This document shows positions 12,601 to 24,900 of a stretch of DNA of 64,000 nt, piece by piece. The DNA is from Mytilus edulis. Lineage: Eukaryota. A program made the translations under genes and the position numbers. The first letter of the stretch is position 1, and every line of letters begins with the position of its first letter. Location of the stretch: the NCBI RefSeq assembly GCF_963676685.1, contig NC_092347.1, positions 91,760,001 to 91,824,000 of the forward strand, written 5' to 3'. The notes under the pieces are model-generated. The model was not told the DNA's origin. It was given only the letters and a program-made list of their open reading frames with translations, and ran no database searches.

Positions 12601-15409
12601 TTAAAGTTGCATGTCCGAATTCTATTTTAATGTACTAATTAGCTTATACAAATGATACATTTTATGATGTTTCATCATTAGATGTTCCTCCGCCATGTCC
12701 AAAGGATTTCCTTGGCCATAGTAACTCGTGCTATCATGCTGCACGTGTCAAAGCAACATGGCCAGAATCAGCGGTAAGATTATAAACTTGCCATGTATCT
12801 GGCAATGAAAACTAATTTAATATGTGCTGATGCTATAGACATTAAATGCTGAAAAAATGAAAACAACACGTGAAATAATTTCATACGTTCAAAGCAATGT
12901 TCTGGATTTCCCTTTATCAGTAACACTCAAATATATGAAAACCAAGTTAACATGCAGGTACTAATATACATGAAAACAGAATACACATTTTAAATATTAC
13001 AATTTCAGGTAGAGAGAAAAACTAAAGGCTGAAACGATCTGAAACAGTAGGAATCGATTAAGATTTAGAACGTATTATTACCATGAACGTCCACATGTAG
13101 TGAGCGTTCCTGATATGCCGGCATCGCCCGGAATATATTTCCAATAGATAACATTAAAATAAACATATACAGTATAATATATTTTCTTTATGCACTTTTA
13201 TTGTAGGCATATTGTGATTCTTTTGGTGCAACTCTGGCAGTGATTGAAGATATACAAGAACAGTTATATTTAGCACAAATGCTGAAGACTTTACCAAGTA
13301 AGAGAGATTTTTTAAGCAATAAGTGTATATGTATACATATTGTATCCACGCAATGTTGACGGAAAACATAAAGAGTTCTATGTAAAATCCTTTCGTGTCC
13401 AATTATTACAAAAAGTAACATGGGGGCACACGAACTTTTTTTACACAGCTTGAACAACTTTAAAATATCCAATTGAATTACCGACAAACTTTCTCTTAAC
13501 ACTTTTATACACTTGATGTTCTAGTTAACTCAAAAAATTACATTTCTGATAATGCCGGAAATAATGCATTTTGGTTGGGTGGACATGATATACTGGTGGA
13601 GGGAGAATGGCAATGGGCGATAACTCTTGAAAAAGTACAGTACATGAACTGGGATTCCGGTCAACCTAATAACAATGACAATAATGAACATTGCATGGCA
13701 ATGACTGGCAGCCGAGGATATAAATGGGAGGACAAAAAATGTGAGGATCACAATTACTTCATATGTGAAACAGAGTAAGTATGTTCATAAAGTACAATTA
13801 AAAACCAATTCTTCAGAGAACAATTGAAGGTCTTTCCACCTCGATAATAAGAATGAGATTTAGAAAACGATGTTAGAAAATGTCACTCCTTGTTGATGTA
13901 ATTTGGTTCTTCAAAGTGATATAAAAACATAAAATTAATAGGTATATGCAGAAGACTTAAATGTTTTATTATGAACAATAATTTTTAGCAAAGGTCAAAA
14001 TCTGGAATGTCAAATTGACCTTTGAACTTGATCTAAATTTCAAGGTCATAGCTCAGTTATCTCAAATTAAAAGACCCCAGGTCAATCATTTGTATGGTTG
14101 TGGAGAAATACTGATTTCAAATACATAAGGGGAGAAAACTCCTATAAGGGTTAATCAAAGTACTTCGACTGAAATAGGTTGAAGTTGCACCTTTTTGTAA
14201 ACAGTAATTTGGCAAACAAATCATATCAGTAACTGTAACAGTTTCTTTTGAATAACGATAACAAGCAAAATTCAAAATTTATAACATAACCTTGACCTTC
14301 GACCTTGATCTCAATTTCAAGGTCACAGGTCAGTGAACTCAAAACGGAAGACCGGAGGTCAATCACTTGTATGGTTGTGGAGAAATACTGATTTGAAATA
14401 CATAAGGGTTGAAAACTCATATAAGAGTTAACCAAAACACTTTGACTGAAATAGGTTGAAGTTGCGCCTTATTGTAAACAGTTATTTGGCAAACACATCA
14501 TATCATTTACTGTCACAGTTTCTGTGGAATAACGATAACAAGCAAAATTCAAAATTTAGAACATAACCTTGACCTCAATTTCCTTCAAATGGACCAAGGA
14601 CTTCATATGAAAAGACTGTAGGCCTCTACGACTTATAACGTATGAATTTATCCAACAAATCGCCTATCTTAAATTTTCAAAGGGAAATAATTGCCATAAG
14701 ATGTCTTCCGATCACTCAAGTCAAAATAAGCCAAATCATTCTCAAGAATAGACGAACAATTTGGTGAAAACAGTTTTCTAAAATCTTTAACGATAACCAG
14801 AAAAAGGGACGCAGGGAGAGACTCCTATAAGATTAAGTGTTCGGTCACACAGGGTGAGTTTTGAAACCCCCATTACTGTACAACATCATTGGCCAAAAAA
14901 TCCATTCGATATGTTGTAAGACAAAAAAGAATCTCAGACGGCAGAAGAAAAAAAAAAGAAAAAAAATAATCAGAAGAAAAACAAAAGGTCTTTCCACGAA
15001 AAGTGGAAAGACCTAATTAGTATTCCATAGTTGCCTACAAAACATGATTTAGAAACAAACGAACAGATAATAATTTTAGACATATATATGTTTGTACAAG
15101 AATCAAAGTTCCAATTGTAACTTCCAGAATTAACACTAGATATATAAAAAAGTGCAAATTCAATGGTTTAAATTCATACCATACTCAAAACTCCCTACTT
15201 ATCACAAAAAAACATTTTTAGAGCGGAAATAACTGTTTCAAAACAGTATTCAAATTAAAAACATTTTTAGCTAGTTATAGTTACAGAATCTTTACAAATG
15301 ATCACACTTTTATGAAGAGATTTCAAATTATTACTTTTATACGTTTTCTCCATTTTTTTTCAGCCACAAAACCACTATGAATACAAACATAATATTTGGG
15401 AGGAAATAA
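9629..15409 (+). CDS. Secreted C-type lectin with a Pro/Thr-rich repeat stalk, paralogue 2, about 244 aa
   Basis: Exons 9629-9674 (MVNSMMAFFYFFLHI), 10874-10900, 11668-11850 (three 15-aa repeats of the type TLPNxETPFPPSTVQ), 12682-12773, 13207-13297, 13525-13774 (FWLGGHD..QPNNND..EHC..WEDKKC..FICE), 15364-15409 (HKTTMNTNIIFGRK*). Total 735 nt. The 92-nt and 91-nt exon sizes and phases match paralogue 1. Confidence 0.85.
10093..10520 (-). repeat. Interspersed repeat family C with a mutated twister-like core (10198-10295)
   Basis: Close match to 17818-18125. Fragments of the same family at 6957-7097, 17460-17670, 25838-25940 and 40257-40456. Confidence 0.8.
11225..11456 (+). repeat. Retrozyme/pLTR-like repeat with a decayed minimal type I hammerhead (11373-11415)
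   Basis: CTGATGA-GTCT(TTTGT)AGAC-GAAA-AGCGCG-TT core with short flanking stem I. Related decayed copies at 22336-22620, 23048-23400, 27744-27820 and 44985-45190 (+), and at 17055-17220, 24175-24500, 30140-30350 and 38500-39300 (-). Confidence 0.7.
13819..15016 (+). mobile_element. Non-autonomous Helentron-type (HINE/DINE-like) element in the last intron of lectin 2
   Basis: AGGTCTTTCCAC near the left end (13828) recurs in the terminal hairpin AGGTCTTTCCACGAAAAGTGGAAAGACCT (14986-15014). Internal duplication of about 290 bp (14016-14580). Confidence 0.7.
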
Positions 15410-16271
15410 TTGGACGGTTCAATCACCCAGTTATCAATCCTTGTATTAAAACTGATGATTAATAACTATAGTTTATTAATTAGCAATGAGCTTTCATGCA
15501 ATGAAGCTTTAACTATACAGAAAGTGCACTTCGAATTAATGTCTTTGACATGTACATGTAGTACTGCAACAAGAGTTAATTTCTTAAAAACTTTTCAGAG
15601 AGAACCCACATCTAATTGCACATCGTTTTGTTTGTTTGTCTTTTTTTTTGTGATCTCTGTGTTTCTTGTCTGTCTTCGTTTATGATTTCTGATTGCCCGC
15701 TCAGAATTTTGCGTTTTCATTTTGATACATTCGCTGATCAAGAAAAAACATATACGTGCATCACATACATGTATTCAATTCTTGTCCTACATGTTCTAAG
15801 TGGATGTTGTGGTTTTGCTAATTGTTTTTCTATCTGTGGTTTTGTTGACAATGTCACTGACTGACCGACATTGTTGAAGAATATTGGCGCACACGTCCCT
15901 ATACTTTATTTTGTCTCTACTTTCTAGTATCTTTCGCCTCCTATGCGTTCTTCCCTTTGTTAAAACGTGTACAGGTTCAACTCGGAGGGTTCACCTAATT
16001 TATTCTATATATATTAAATATATTACTTTTATAAAATTAAGATCGTTATCTCTGTGGGAACTTCCTGCTTGACCGCGTAATTTATTATATAATATAATGT
16101 ATCATTACATAACCTATATCATTAGGCTACTCTTTTTAAGATATCACTGATTAAATATCTGTAATTTATTTCCATTAAATGCATGGTGTGTTTATATACA
16201 TATGGTCGTATGATTAATCGTTAACTATTGTCTAGACGTGACCTATATATCGAATTGCATGTTATAGATCA

Positions 16272-16495
16272 ATGAACAACACGACGGTGCCAAATGTGGA
16301 GCATGATCTGCTTACACATCCAGAGCACTGGAAATTACCCAACACTTGAAATTATCCAAGTTTAAAGTGAGGTTCGTGTTGCTCAATCTTTAGTTTGCTT
16401 TGTTATGTTTTAAGATTCATTTTAGCAATGGTGTTGTCGGTTTATTTCGACTTATGAGTTTGCATGTCCGTTTTGGTATCTGCTGCCTCTCTTTT
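16272..16495 (+). repeat. Short interspersed repeat (retroelement 3'-tail type)
   Basis: ACGACGGTGCCAAATGTGGAGCATGATCTGCTTAC..GGTTCGTGTTGCTCAATCTTTAGTT. Related pieces at 1803-1857, 21320-21420 and 27470-27660, the last lying downstream of a PLE RT relic. Confidence 0.55.
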
Positions 16496-17920
16496 ATTCT
16501 TGCCAATCTAATGTATCGTTCCCTCGAAGATGTAATGCCAATCGACTGGCAGTGGTGGCTGTAAATGCTACGTTTACTGCAATTTGAAAAAAATGATCAT
16601 ATCTTAAATACCACTTTCTAAACGTCAAAAATATTTCGGTCGGTAATATGATTTTGTAGTTTTAAACCAGTATCGTTGTAACTCTGATCAGACATTACTG
16701 TAATAAATTGTTATTTTGATGGAGAGTTGTCTCATTGGCACTTACACCACATCTTCCTATATCTATAGTTCCAACGTAGGAATGGCCACAGTAGAAATAT
16801 AACTGCAAACAATAACACTCAACCATTCCTAAATGATTCCGTTCAGTCGTCATTTGCAGGTGAAAAAAGTAACAGCTGAGAGAGATTATGAAGAAAGAAA
16901 TGAAAAATACACCAGATTGGACCAATGAACACATATAATTCGACAAGTACCGTGCTTCAGTTATATGACTTATAAATACAAAGGCATGAACTGTTTAACA
17001 ATATAATCACAATCACATGACAGTCGATCAAAATGATACTTGATTGATTTCTGTGTTCGAAGCGCTTTTCCGAATTATTTTTTTTTACCAGAAACGGTCA
17101 AAGCCTGACATTTGAAAGACATTAGTTTATAAATAAATAAAAGGGCCTAAAAAGAATAGCTAAATTAGGCTAAGTTCAAATTGAGGATGATAAACATACA
17201 GTTTCATAGTAATTTCTACATTTACCAAAGAGGAATTTTAGACACATATTATACGTTCTAGATAAAGGCAACAGAAGTATACCACTGCTCTATAGTCATA
17301 AATCGATTTAGAGTAGATAAATCAGGGTTCCAAACTAAACTGAGGTTAGCATTAGCTATAAAAGGAAAACAAAGTAACAACAAGAACACTGATCTACATC
17401 AAAAACAAATGCCAATATACATAGATTCGGACTATTTAAAATTCATATCAGTACCGAAAAAAGTAAAACAACAAAAAAAATGAACTCCGAGGCAAAGTTA
17501 AACGAGAAGTCCTTAAGCATATGGCAAAATCAAAACTTAAAACACATCAACCCCCTGGATAACAACTGTCATCTTCCTGACTTGGTACAGGCATTTCCTT
17601 ATATCGAAATGATGATTTAACCTGGTTTTAAAGCTAGGTAAACATCGCACTTGTATGACAGTCGCAAAAATCATGTACTACTGAGCTAGGGATAACCAAG
17701 GAGGTCGGTATCAACCCACTGCTTAAAAATCTTTATAAATATCATGACTCCGAAGCCCTTTACTAACTCAACCCTCAGCAGGATCGCTGAAAAAAAACAA
17801 GTATATATAAGTATTGAAAAGTAAAATCACAAAAATACTGAACTTAGAGGAAAATCTAATCGGAAAAGTCCATAACCACATGGCAAAATAACAAAACACA
17901 TCAAAAACGAATGGACAAGA

Positions 17921-18019
17921 ACTGTCATATTCCTGACTTGGTACAGGCATTTTCAAAATATAGAAAATGGTGGATTAAACCTGGTTTTATAGCGCTAAAC
18001 CTCTCACTTTGATGACAGT
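17921..18019 (-). ncRNA. Twister-like ribozyme (P5-type permutation) in a family C repeat (17818-18125)
   Basis: Minus strand reads ACUGUCAU..GUGA-G-A-GGU-[UUAGCGCUAUAAAACCAGGUU]-UAA-UCC-AC-CAUUUUC..GAAAAUG-CCUG-UACCAAGU-CAGG-A..AUGACAGU. P2 is imperfect. Confidence 0.6.
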
Positions 18020-20064
18020 CTCATCAAATTCCGTTATATTTACAATGATGCGTGAACTAACAGACATAATAAATAAAATAAGTCAAAATATGGGTACAGC
18101 AGTCATCGTGTAACAATTTTAAAAGAAACAAGTGAAGACCTATATGACAAAAGAGGGGAAAAAGTAACAGCCAAATTAATTTAAGGTTAACTTTGCTTGA
18201 CGATATTACATTTTTTTCTTGATATATAAAGACAATGATGTATGTTATGAATTATGTCAGTTCCACATACTGACACTGAGTTGAGGATAACAGTGGGGAT
18301 GATAACCTTCCTGCAGCAGTATAAATCCAATGCTATAAAAATTAAAATTACAACTTCTAATGACAAGCTGTATAAGGATATATAAGAATAGACACAGGTC
18401 AAGAGCCATTTGGCCAAAAGTTATTCGCCAAATCAATCAATATCAAGTTGACCAGAGGAAGTATAAAACTAGTAGGACGCTCAAAATTTTAGGACGGGAA
18501 AAGTGTCTCATAAAACTAACTACCTAGGTGATTTTTGACGCCCTTTACTGGTTGGTAAGACATTGAACGGTCTTCAAAGTGTCCAAAGGCGTTTGGTGAG
18601 CATTTAGATATCATGTTTTCAAGTTCGAAAAAGGCGGCCATTTCGGGTTTTTTTACTGTTATTTTGATTGTTGTCTACTTCCCTCACAACGGCTGTTTTC
18701 AAGGCCAGGTATGTCAGCCATGCAGCTAGTTTCAAAAACCATGATGTTGAAGTGCTGGTTGATGAGTCTCCAACCTAGTATTAACGATGACAGGAAGCAT
18801 TATCAGGACCACAGTCGGGAGACCGTGAAATGACAGTACATTATTTAACATTTCTACTAAGGATACAGTCCCTTGGATGTCAGTCGTCATCCATAATGTG
18901 TTGTTGTATGCTGAGGCGGGTATTTACACTAAGCAAAATATATACTGTGCATCGTTGCACTGGTTTCTGTCATCGAAAGTAGTACGTCGTTGAACCATCT
19001 AATAGTAAACAAACATTGTAAATAGCGGGTAAAGAGGAGCTGACCAACCACGTCCTTTCAGCTGATAACGAACATATTTCAAGGAGTTAAGCACCATTTA
19101 TTATTAGTCATTTTTTTTTCACTTAAAATTAATAAATGAAAATTTCAGAGTGCTCGAACACCCGCATTTTGAAACCCTTAATGATCTATACAGCCATTTT
19201 TTCGCCAATTTCCGATCCTTTGGCAATCAAAATCCTGTTTAGTATTTATCATAAAGCAAACACATTAACGACAAAAACTTAACGACAAAATGAACATAGA
19301 CATATCTAAAAAGGCAGCAGCATACAGTCATCAACAATTTCAAAAAGACGGATGTCCTTTCAATATGTTCAGGATCAAATTCCTCCTAAGTATAGACATG
19401 GAATTTCAAAATTCAGGATCTTCGCTTTTTTTAAAACATTAAATGCATCTAAATTTTATTCATATAGTTCCTGCCATGCATGTCGATACATTTATTTTTG
19501 GCATTGCACAAGTCATGTCTTCTCTGACTGTTCATGACGTTAAATAATAAATTCCTTGGATATGTTTTAGTTGATTTTAGTCTCTGATGCATGATTTTTT
19601 ATTATTAATTGTTTTTGGCTTTTAACTAGTTGTCAGTAACTGCGAGTACTCTCAAATCGTATTTTCTTGTTAATTCTATCTGTTGATACTGTTTATAATG
19701 TTTTTTTATTATTTTATATTAATATGGATTTTGTCTATATACCAGCTTTGATTATTTGGAATATCTACTAATTTTCATTTCTTCGTACTACATTTGTATG
19801 AACTTCAAGATTATTCCCCTTAAATCTGTACAGGGTAGTTTTAGCTAGCTCTAATTGTATAGTTTTGTTGTTGATATTCACCCCAATTTGTATCTAGTGT
19901 TAAATTATGTATTTATATGACAGAACCTTCTTGGTATTCCTAATTATTGGAAGAATTTTATACACATATGTAGTATACCTAAAACGACAAAGTTTTTTTT
20001 TCATTTACCTTTATATATTATTAAAACCGGTTTTTTTCAAAAGTGATTATTTTCGAAGGGTTAA

Positions 20065-20653
20065 GGTTCATCATAAGGAATTGAAAAATATGGCCGTGTT
20101 TACACCTCCAAAATTACTATGAGTACAGACAAACTGGTACATCCAGGAAAGTTTTAAGGCATGGCAGGAACTAGATATATAAAAGTTATATGAAGTCTAC
20201 GTTTCAGAAAATTAAAAACTTGCCTGGATTTTGATGTTCATTTTTTTCCAGTCGGCAGAAGATAGCAAAATAAACAAACACCTGAGTTTCATTTGATACG
20301 GTCCACTCAGTTACACAGTTTAAACCTGTTAAATCACCTATTGTTTACAGGTGTCTATTGTCCATCTATTGTCCATTTAAATCAATACTACTCACAACAT
20401 TGATTATATGAGGGGAGCTTCTCAATCGTTTTCACTACTTAGTTAATTTTTGCACCTTCTGCAGGAACGAAAAAAAATGGATAGCAAAATCTAGAAAAGT
20501 TTATAATTTTCTGAAACATAAAATGCATTTAAAATTTATATATCTAGTTCCTGCCATCCCTTAAAACTGTTGCAGGTGTATAGGTTAGTCTGTACTCAGA
20601 GTAAAATTTGGGGTGTAAATACGGCCATTTTAGCCAAAAGGTTATGATGAACC
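20065..20653. mobile_element. Non-autonomous Kolobok-type DNA transposon (MITE)
   Basis: TTAA on both flanks (20061-20064 and 20654-20657), termini GGTTCATCATAA..TTATGATGAACC, imperfect inverted repeats extending about 130 bp. Confidence 0.8.
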
Positions 20654-20699
20654 TTAAATATTTCGCGATGGTGTCTTGCCATGGCTTTGTTTGGACTTT

Positions 20700-21212
20700 T
20701 TTGTTTACTTATTGGCCTTGAATGTTTGTCCCGAATATTTTATTAACTGTGCATTTGCATTCAGCTATCGCAGATCTAATTTATTCGTTCATAGTGTGTT
20801 AATTTACGTTTTTTGATTGAGTTAAGCCTTTCAATAGATATTTTATCGTGTGTTTTCTATGTTGTGATGTTATGCCATTGTTTCAGAAAAGGGAGAAGGT
20901 TTAGTACCATTAAAACGTTTAATCCCGCTGCAAATGTTTGCACCTGTCCTCAGTCAGGAATCTGATGTACAGTAGTTGTCGTTTGTTTATGTAATTTATA
21001 AGTGTTTCTCGTTTTTTATATAGATTAGACCGTTGGTTTTCCCGTTTTAATGGTTTTACACTAGTAATTTTGGGGCCCTTTATAGCTTTTTGTTCGGTGT
21101 GAGCCAAGGCTCCGTTTTGAAGGCCGTACATTGACCTATAATGGTTTACTTTTATAAATTGTTATTTGGATGGAGAGTTGTCTCATTGGCACTCATACCA
21201 CATCTCCATATA
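20700..21212 (+). repeat. Family B-related repeat carrying a near-intact twister core and the shared 3' tail
   Basis: Ends in GAGAGTTGTCTCATTGGCACTCATACCACATCT. The same tail occurs at 700-838, 5414-5517, 16697-16765 and 60620-60718. Confidence 0.75.
20883..20965 (+). ncRNA. Twister ribozyme (P5-type), one loop-4 substitution
   Basis: UCAGA..GGGA-G-A-AGG-[UUUAGUACCAUUAAAACGUU]-UAA-UCCC-GC-UGCAAAUGUUUGCA-CCUG-UCCUCAGU-CAGG-A-AUCUGA. Confidence 0.7.
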
Positions 21213-21779
21213 TCCACTTAACACTTTATCATGTACACCTGTTTTCTCTTAATCAGATGTGAACTAGTGTCTGCTTACCGTTCTATAGCTACTGTGACCA
21301 TTCCATTTTTTTTTGGGGGGGGGAGGATTCTTCTTGCTCAGTCTTTAGTTTTCTACATAGCATTCTGTAGATTGTTATTATTTTATTCGTCGTTTTTCGT
21401 CTTTTGTAATGGTATGATCCTTGTTCTAAAGAAATAAGTTTTAGTTGTCCATATAGTATCTCTGTCATGTTATTGTGAATTAAACAGACACGACCTTTCA
21501 ACGCCAATATGCAGCACATCAATCTAAAATGCTGTTTCGATATATAAAGTATGCCTTGATAAATTTTAGAAGAAAACATATGTTAAAATTTTACAACCAG
21601 TTCAAGTATTCGTATCTGAAAAAAAAAATATTTCATTGGTTAAAGTCATTTATTATTTAATATCTAAAGTCTATTTGCATTTCCTCGTCAGATTAGTTTA
21701 ATAATTACATTAAATCAATACGTTTTACTAAATCACACAGTAACATTATTTATCTTATATAGTTTTATCAGTTAGCTGT

Positions 21780-21960
21780 TATCTGCATCCTGTGTGTGGA
21801 GTACTTTATTTAGTATAGCGACTAATTGATGTAATTTGAAGTATCAAACGTTGGTTTGCTGAAAGTTTATTGGTCAAGGAAACGGAGACTGGTGACGTAT
21901 TATTACTTCAGCAATGACTTTAACGAAGAGTTGAAATGGACCATGATCACTAATGTTTCA
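21780..21960 (+). other. Possible non-coding 5' exon of the GPCR gene
   Basis: Non-repetitive segment ending at a strong GTAAGT donor (21961). The GPCR exon has an acceptor TTTTCAG at 28694, and no other + strand gene here would use this donor. Start is approximate. Confidence 0.4.
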
Positions 21961-24900
21961 GTAAGTTGTATTTTAATAGTTTATATAAAAAAAAAATGAA
22001 GTGATGCAATTTTTTTTTTCAAATATGAATTGAATATATTGACTACTAAAGTATGTAATATTTAAAGTTTTAAATTGATAAAACCAATTTTCATACTTTA
22101 TAAAGTTTTTTTTATTTTCATTAAGTAGTATTTTGTTTTAAATTACAATGTATACATAATTCTATAAACAGTATATACATAATATTGGCATTTTAATTTC
22201 AATAATATTTTAAGTAGTTATACACATAATTGGTATGCAAAATGTATGTCTTGTACTGTTAACGCGATACTCTCTTCTTTTTTTTACCGTGTATGTTTTA
22301 CTTTTTTAGCCAGGTGTCTTAAATTAGTTTTTATAACCCCTGAGTCGCTACAATTGTTGGTTCACGTTTCGTTCCATAGTGTATCACCAGCCCAATCGTC
22401 AGCACTTTTATGTTGAGATGAAATATGTTCTTTTTCTGTACATTTACTGTTGATAGAAAAAATGCTATGTATTGCCTAATGCTTACTTGGGACAACGTTT
22501 TTGAGAATTTCCGATTTGATGGCTCTTGAATTTCGTTTCTTATATGGCCTTTCAACTGTTTATCATTTTTACATCACTAATGAGTTTTATTTAGTCTGGC
22601 GTACGAACTTATTAGCCAGGCATAAAGTAAAGTTTAAGAAAAATACTGAACTCCAATGAAAATTCAAATCGGACAGTCCCTTATCAATTGGCAAAAACAT
22701 TAACTCAAACATCTTTGATGATTTTTTTTACTTTTGCCTTTGCCTTTAACAATGAGCTACTGACAGGAAATTGATACTTTCTGGTAATTTTGATCATTTT
22801 AATTCAATCTGTTATCTGTATCATCTATGTACTCATAGCTAAATTAAGGAAAGTTTAAATTTACCTTACTGTTGTGCATCTATTATCAATAAATCCGTGA
22901 AAAAATACTAGCATATTTAACATTAGCAAGGTATATTTCCGAAAATACAAAAGTAGGAATGATCCTTTATAAAGTAAAACATTTAAAGACAAATTATTAG
23001 AAAAAAGCTGCGAACACATGACATTTGTAAAGTGTTGTTTTTACTTTTTCACACCTCTGAGTCGCTACCACTGCAGGTGAATTATCCGTCTCTTAGATAT
23101 TATCAACTCAATAGTTAATACTTCGGTGCTGAAATGATTTATGATAAGCCTGTCTTAAATTGTTCGTTTATACATTAATGAACTATAGAGAAACTAAGCT
23201 GTCAACTCTCTCAGACAAAATTTACTTCAGATGGATTATCTACTATTTCTAGTCCTTGTTTTGTCATATAGCGCTTCAACTCTGTAACTTCTCATCCATC
23301 ATCAGCTTTCAAATATTCGACTTTGATCGTTCCTAATAAAGACAAATCCAGAAAATAAAGCTTCATATCCTTGAAATGAATAAATTTACGTTTACCATTT
23401 TTTAAAATTAATTTCCTTCATTCCGTAAGAAATGAAAACTATCTATCACCACTGAAGCTCATTAAGGAAACCAATTGAAATGATTTTTTATCAGATGTTA
23501 CATTTTACATATTTCAACAATTAATTTTCTTAAAACTTATTGATGATAAAAGTGTGATTTAATGTTGTTCATATAAAAAAAATGATCTTGATATAAATAT
23601 TTCGAAACAATTACATGATGTCACATATATTTTGTACAAATAAAAAAAGTCCGCATTTTTGAAAAACATTAAATTTATCGACGTACAAGAATTCAAGTGT
23701 GTGAAAATGTTTTTCTCGATTTTAAGTAACTGCTACTGTGTTCCTCCCCTAAAAGATCTACAACGTGTAATATAATTGACAATTTTGATCGTTGGAATAT
23801 CATCTTTGTTATGTCAAACTTCCTATCTTGATTAGTGGAACTCAATGTTTTTAGTTTCCAGTTTTTGAAATCAAAGGGATTTTGGATTTTGTCTTGGGTG
23901 TTAATCAATTGCTGTTAGAAAATTCTACGGACTGGTAGAATACAATTTCTATGGAGAACATTCATAAGGATAGGAAATTGGCGTCCGAAACTCGGAGAGC
24001 GACTGCATCTAACAGTTCCGGTATATCGAGATCCTAGTGAATATTTGTAATGTGTCTTAATAAGAAAAGACAATATTACATTCTTAAAGGAACCACAAAC
24101 TAACGTCCTAAACAATACAACATTCAAAAAGTATCGAATGTCTGGAAAAATAATAATTTAGTCGCTAATCTTACTTTTTAACCACGTTAGATTTTAAACC
24201 AGTAATTGAAGCTGGAATATTTTGATAAAGTTCAATCGTTGTGGATTTACCTTAATCAGGAACGCCCAAAGCCGATTTTATGAAAGCCAATAAGTACGAG
24301 AACTAAAACAGTTGAAGAGCTGCAAGAACAAAAAGAACATAAACATAGTCTTATCCATATAAGTCAATTTTGCCTGAGAGAGCTATAAAGATGCTAAAAA
24401 ATATGTTTTTAATGGCCAGCTTTGGTCAAATATAACAATTTCAACATATGCATAACAACATCGCAAGTCCTTATCTGCGCTGGAGTGTCCAGATTATATA
24501 AACCTGGTCATTTATCAATAAAACTAACACAATTTTGAAAGGTCCGATTAATTTTATAAGTTAACTATTTTTTTAATGTCTATGCAAAACCATAGCTCTT
24601 ATTATACCTCCTCATGTGTCATACGTTTAAAGAGTTGAACAAGTTTGTCGTTTTTGCAATTTCAGGGTTCAAACATAGGCTCTTATCATACCTCCTCCTT
24701 TTACTTTTCAAATGACAGATCTGGGTTTTTTTTTTCTTACTTTATTTCTTTATAGCTTTTTAGATTATTCTCCAAACATGCAAAACAATATAACATACCT
24801 TTCTCACGATAAATAAACCATTGGATATGGGAGTCGAAAGTTGGTATTTCTATTTAATATGACCTTTCCCTATTATTGAACGCCATATGTTTTTTCCGAT

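Noticed and set aside
105-15409. One gene with two tandem C-type lectin domains
   Set aside because: The exon ending at 6200 is phase 2 while 11668 starts in phase 1, and each domain has its own signal-peptide exon and stop-containing terminal exon.
18413-19330. GC-richer block as coding sequence
   Set aside because: No sustained ORF or motif in any frame I could read. Probably an unclassified repeat.
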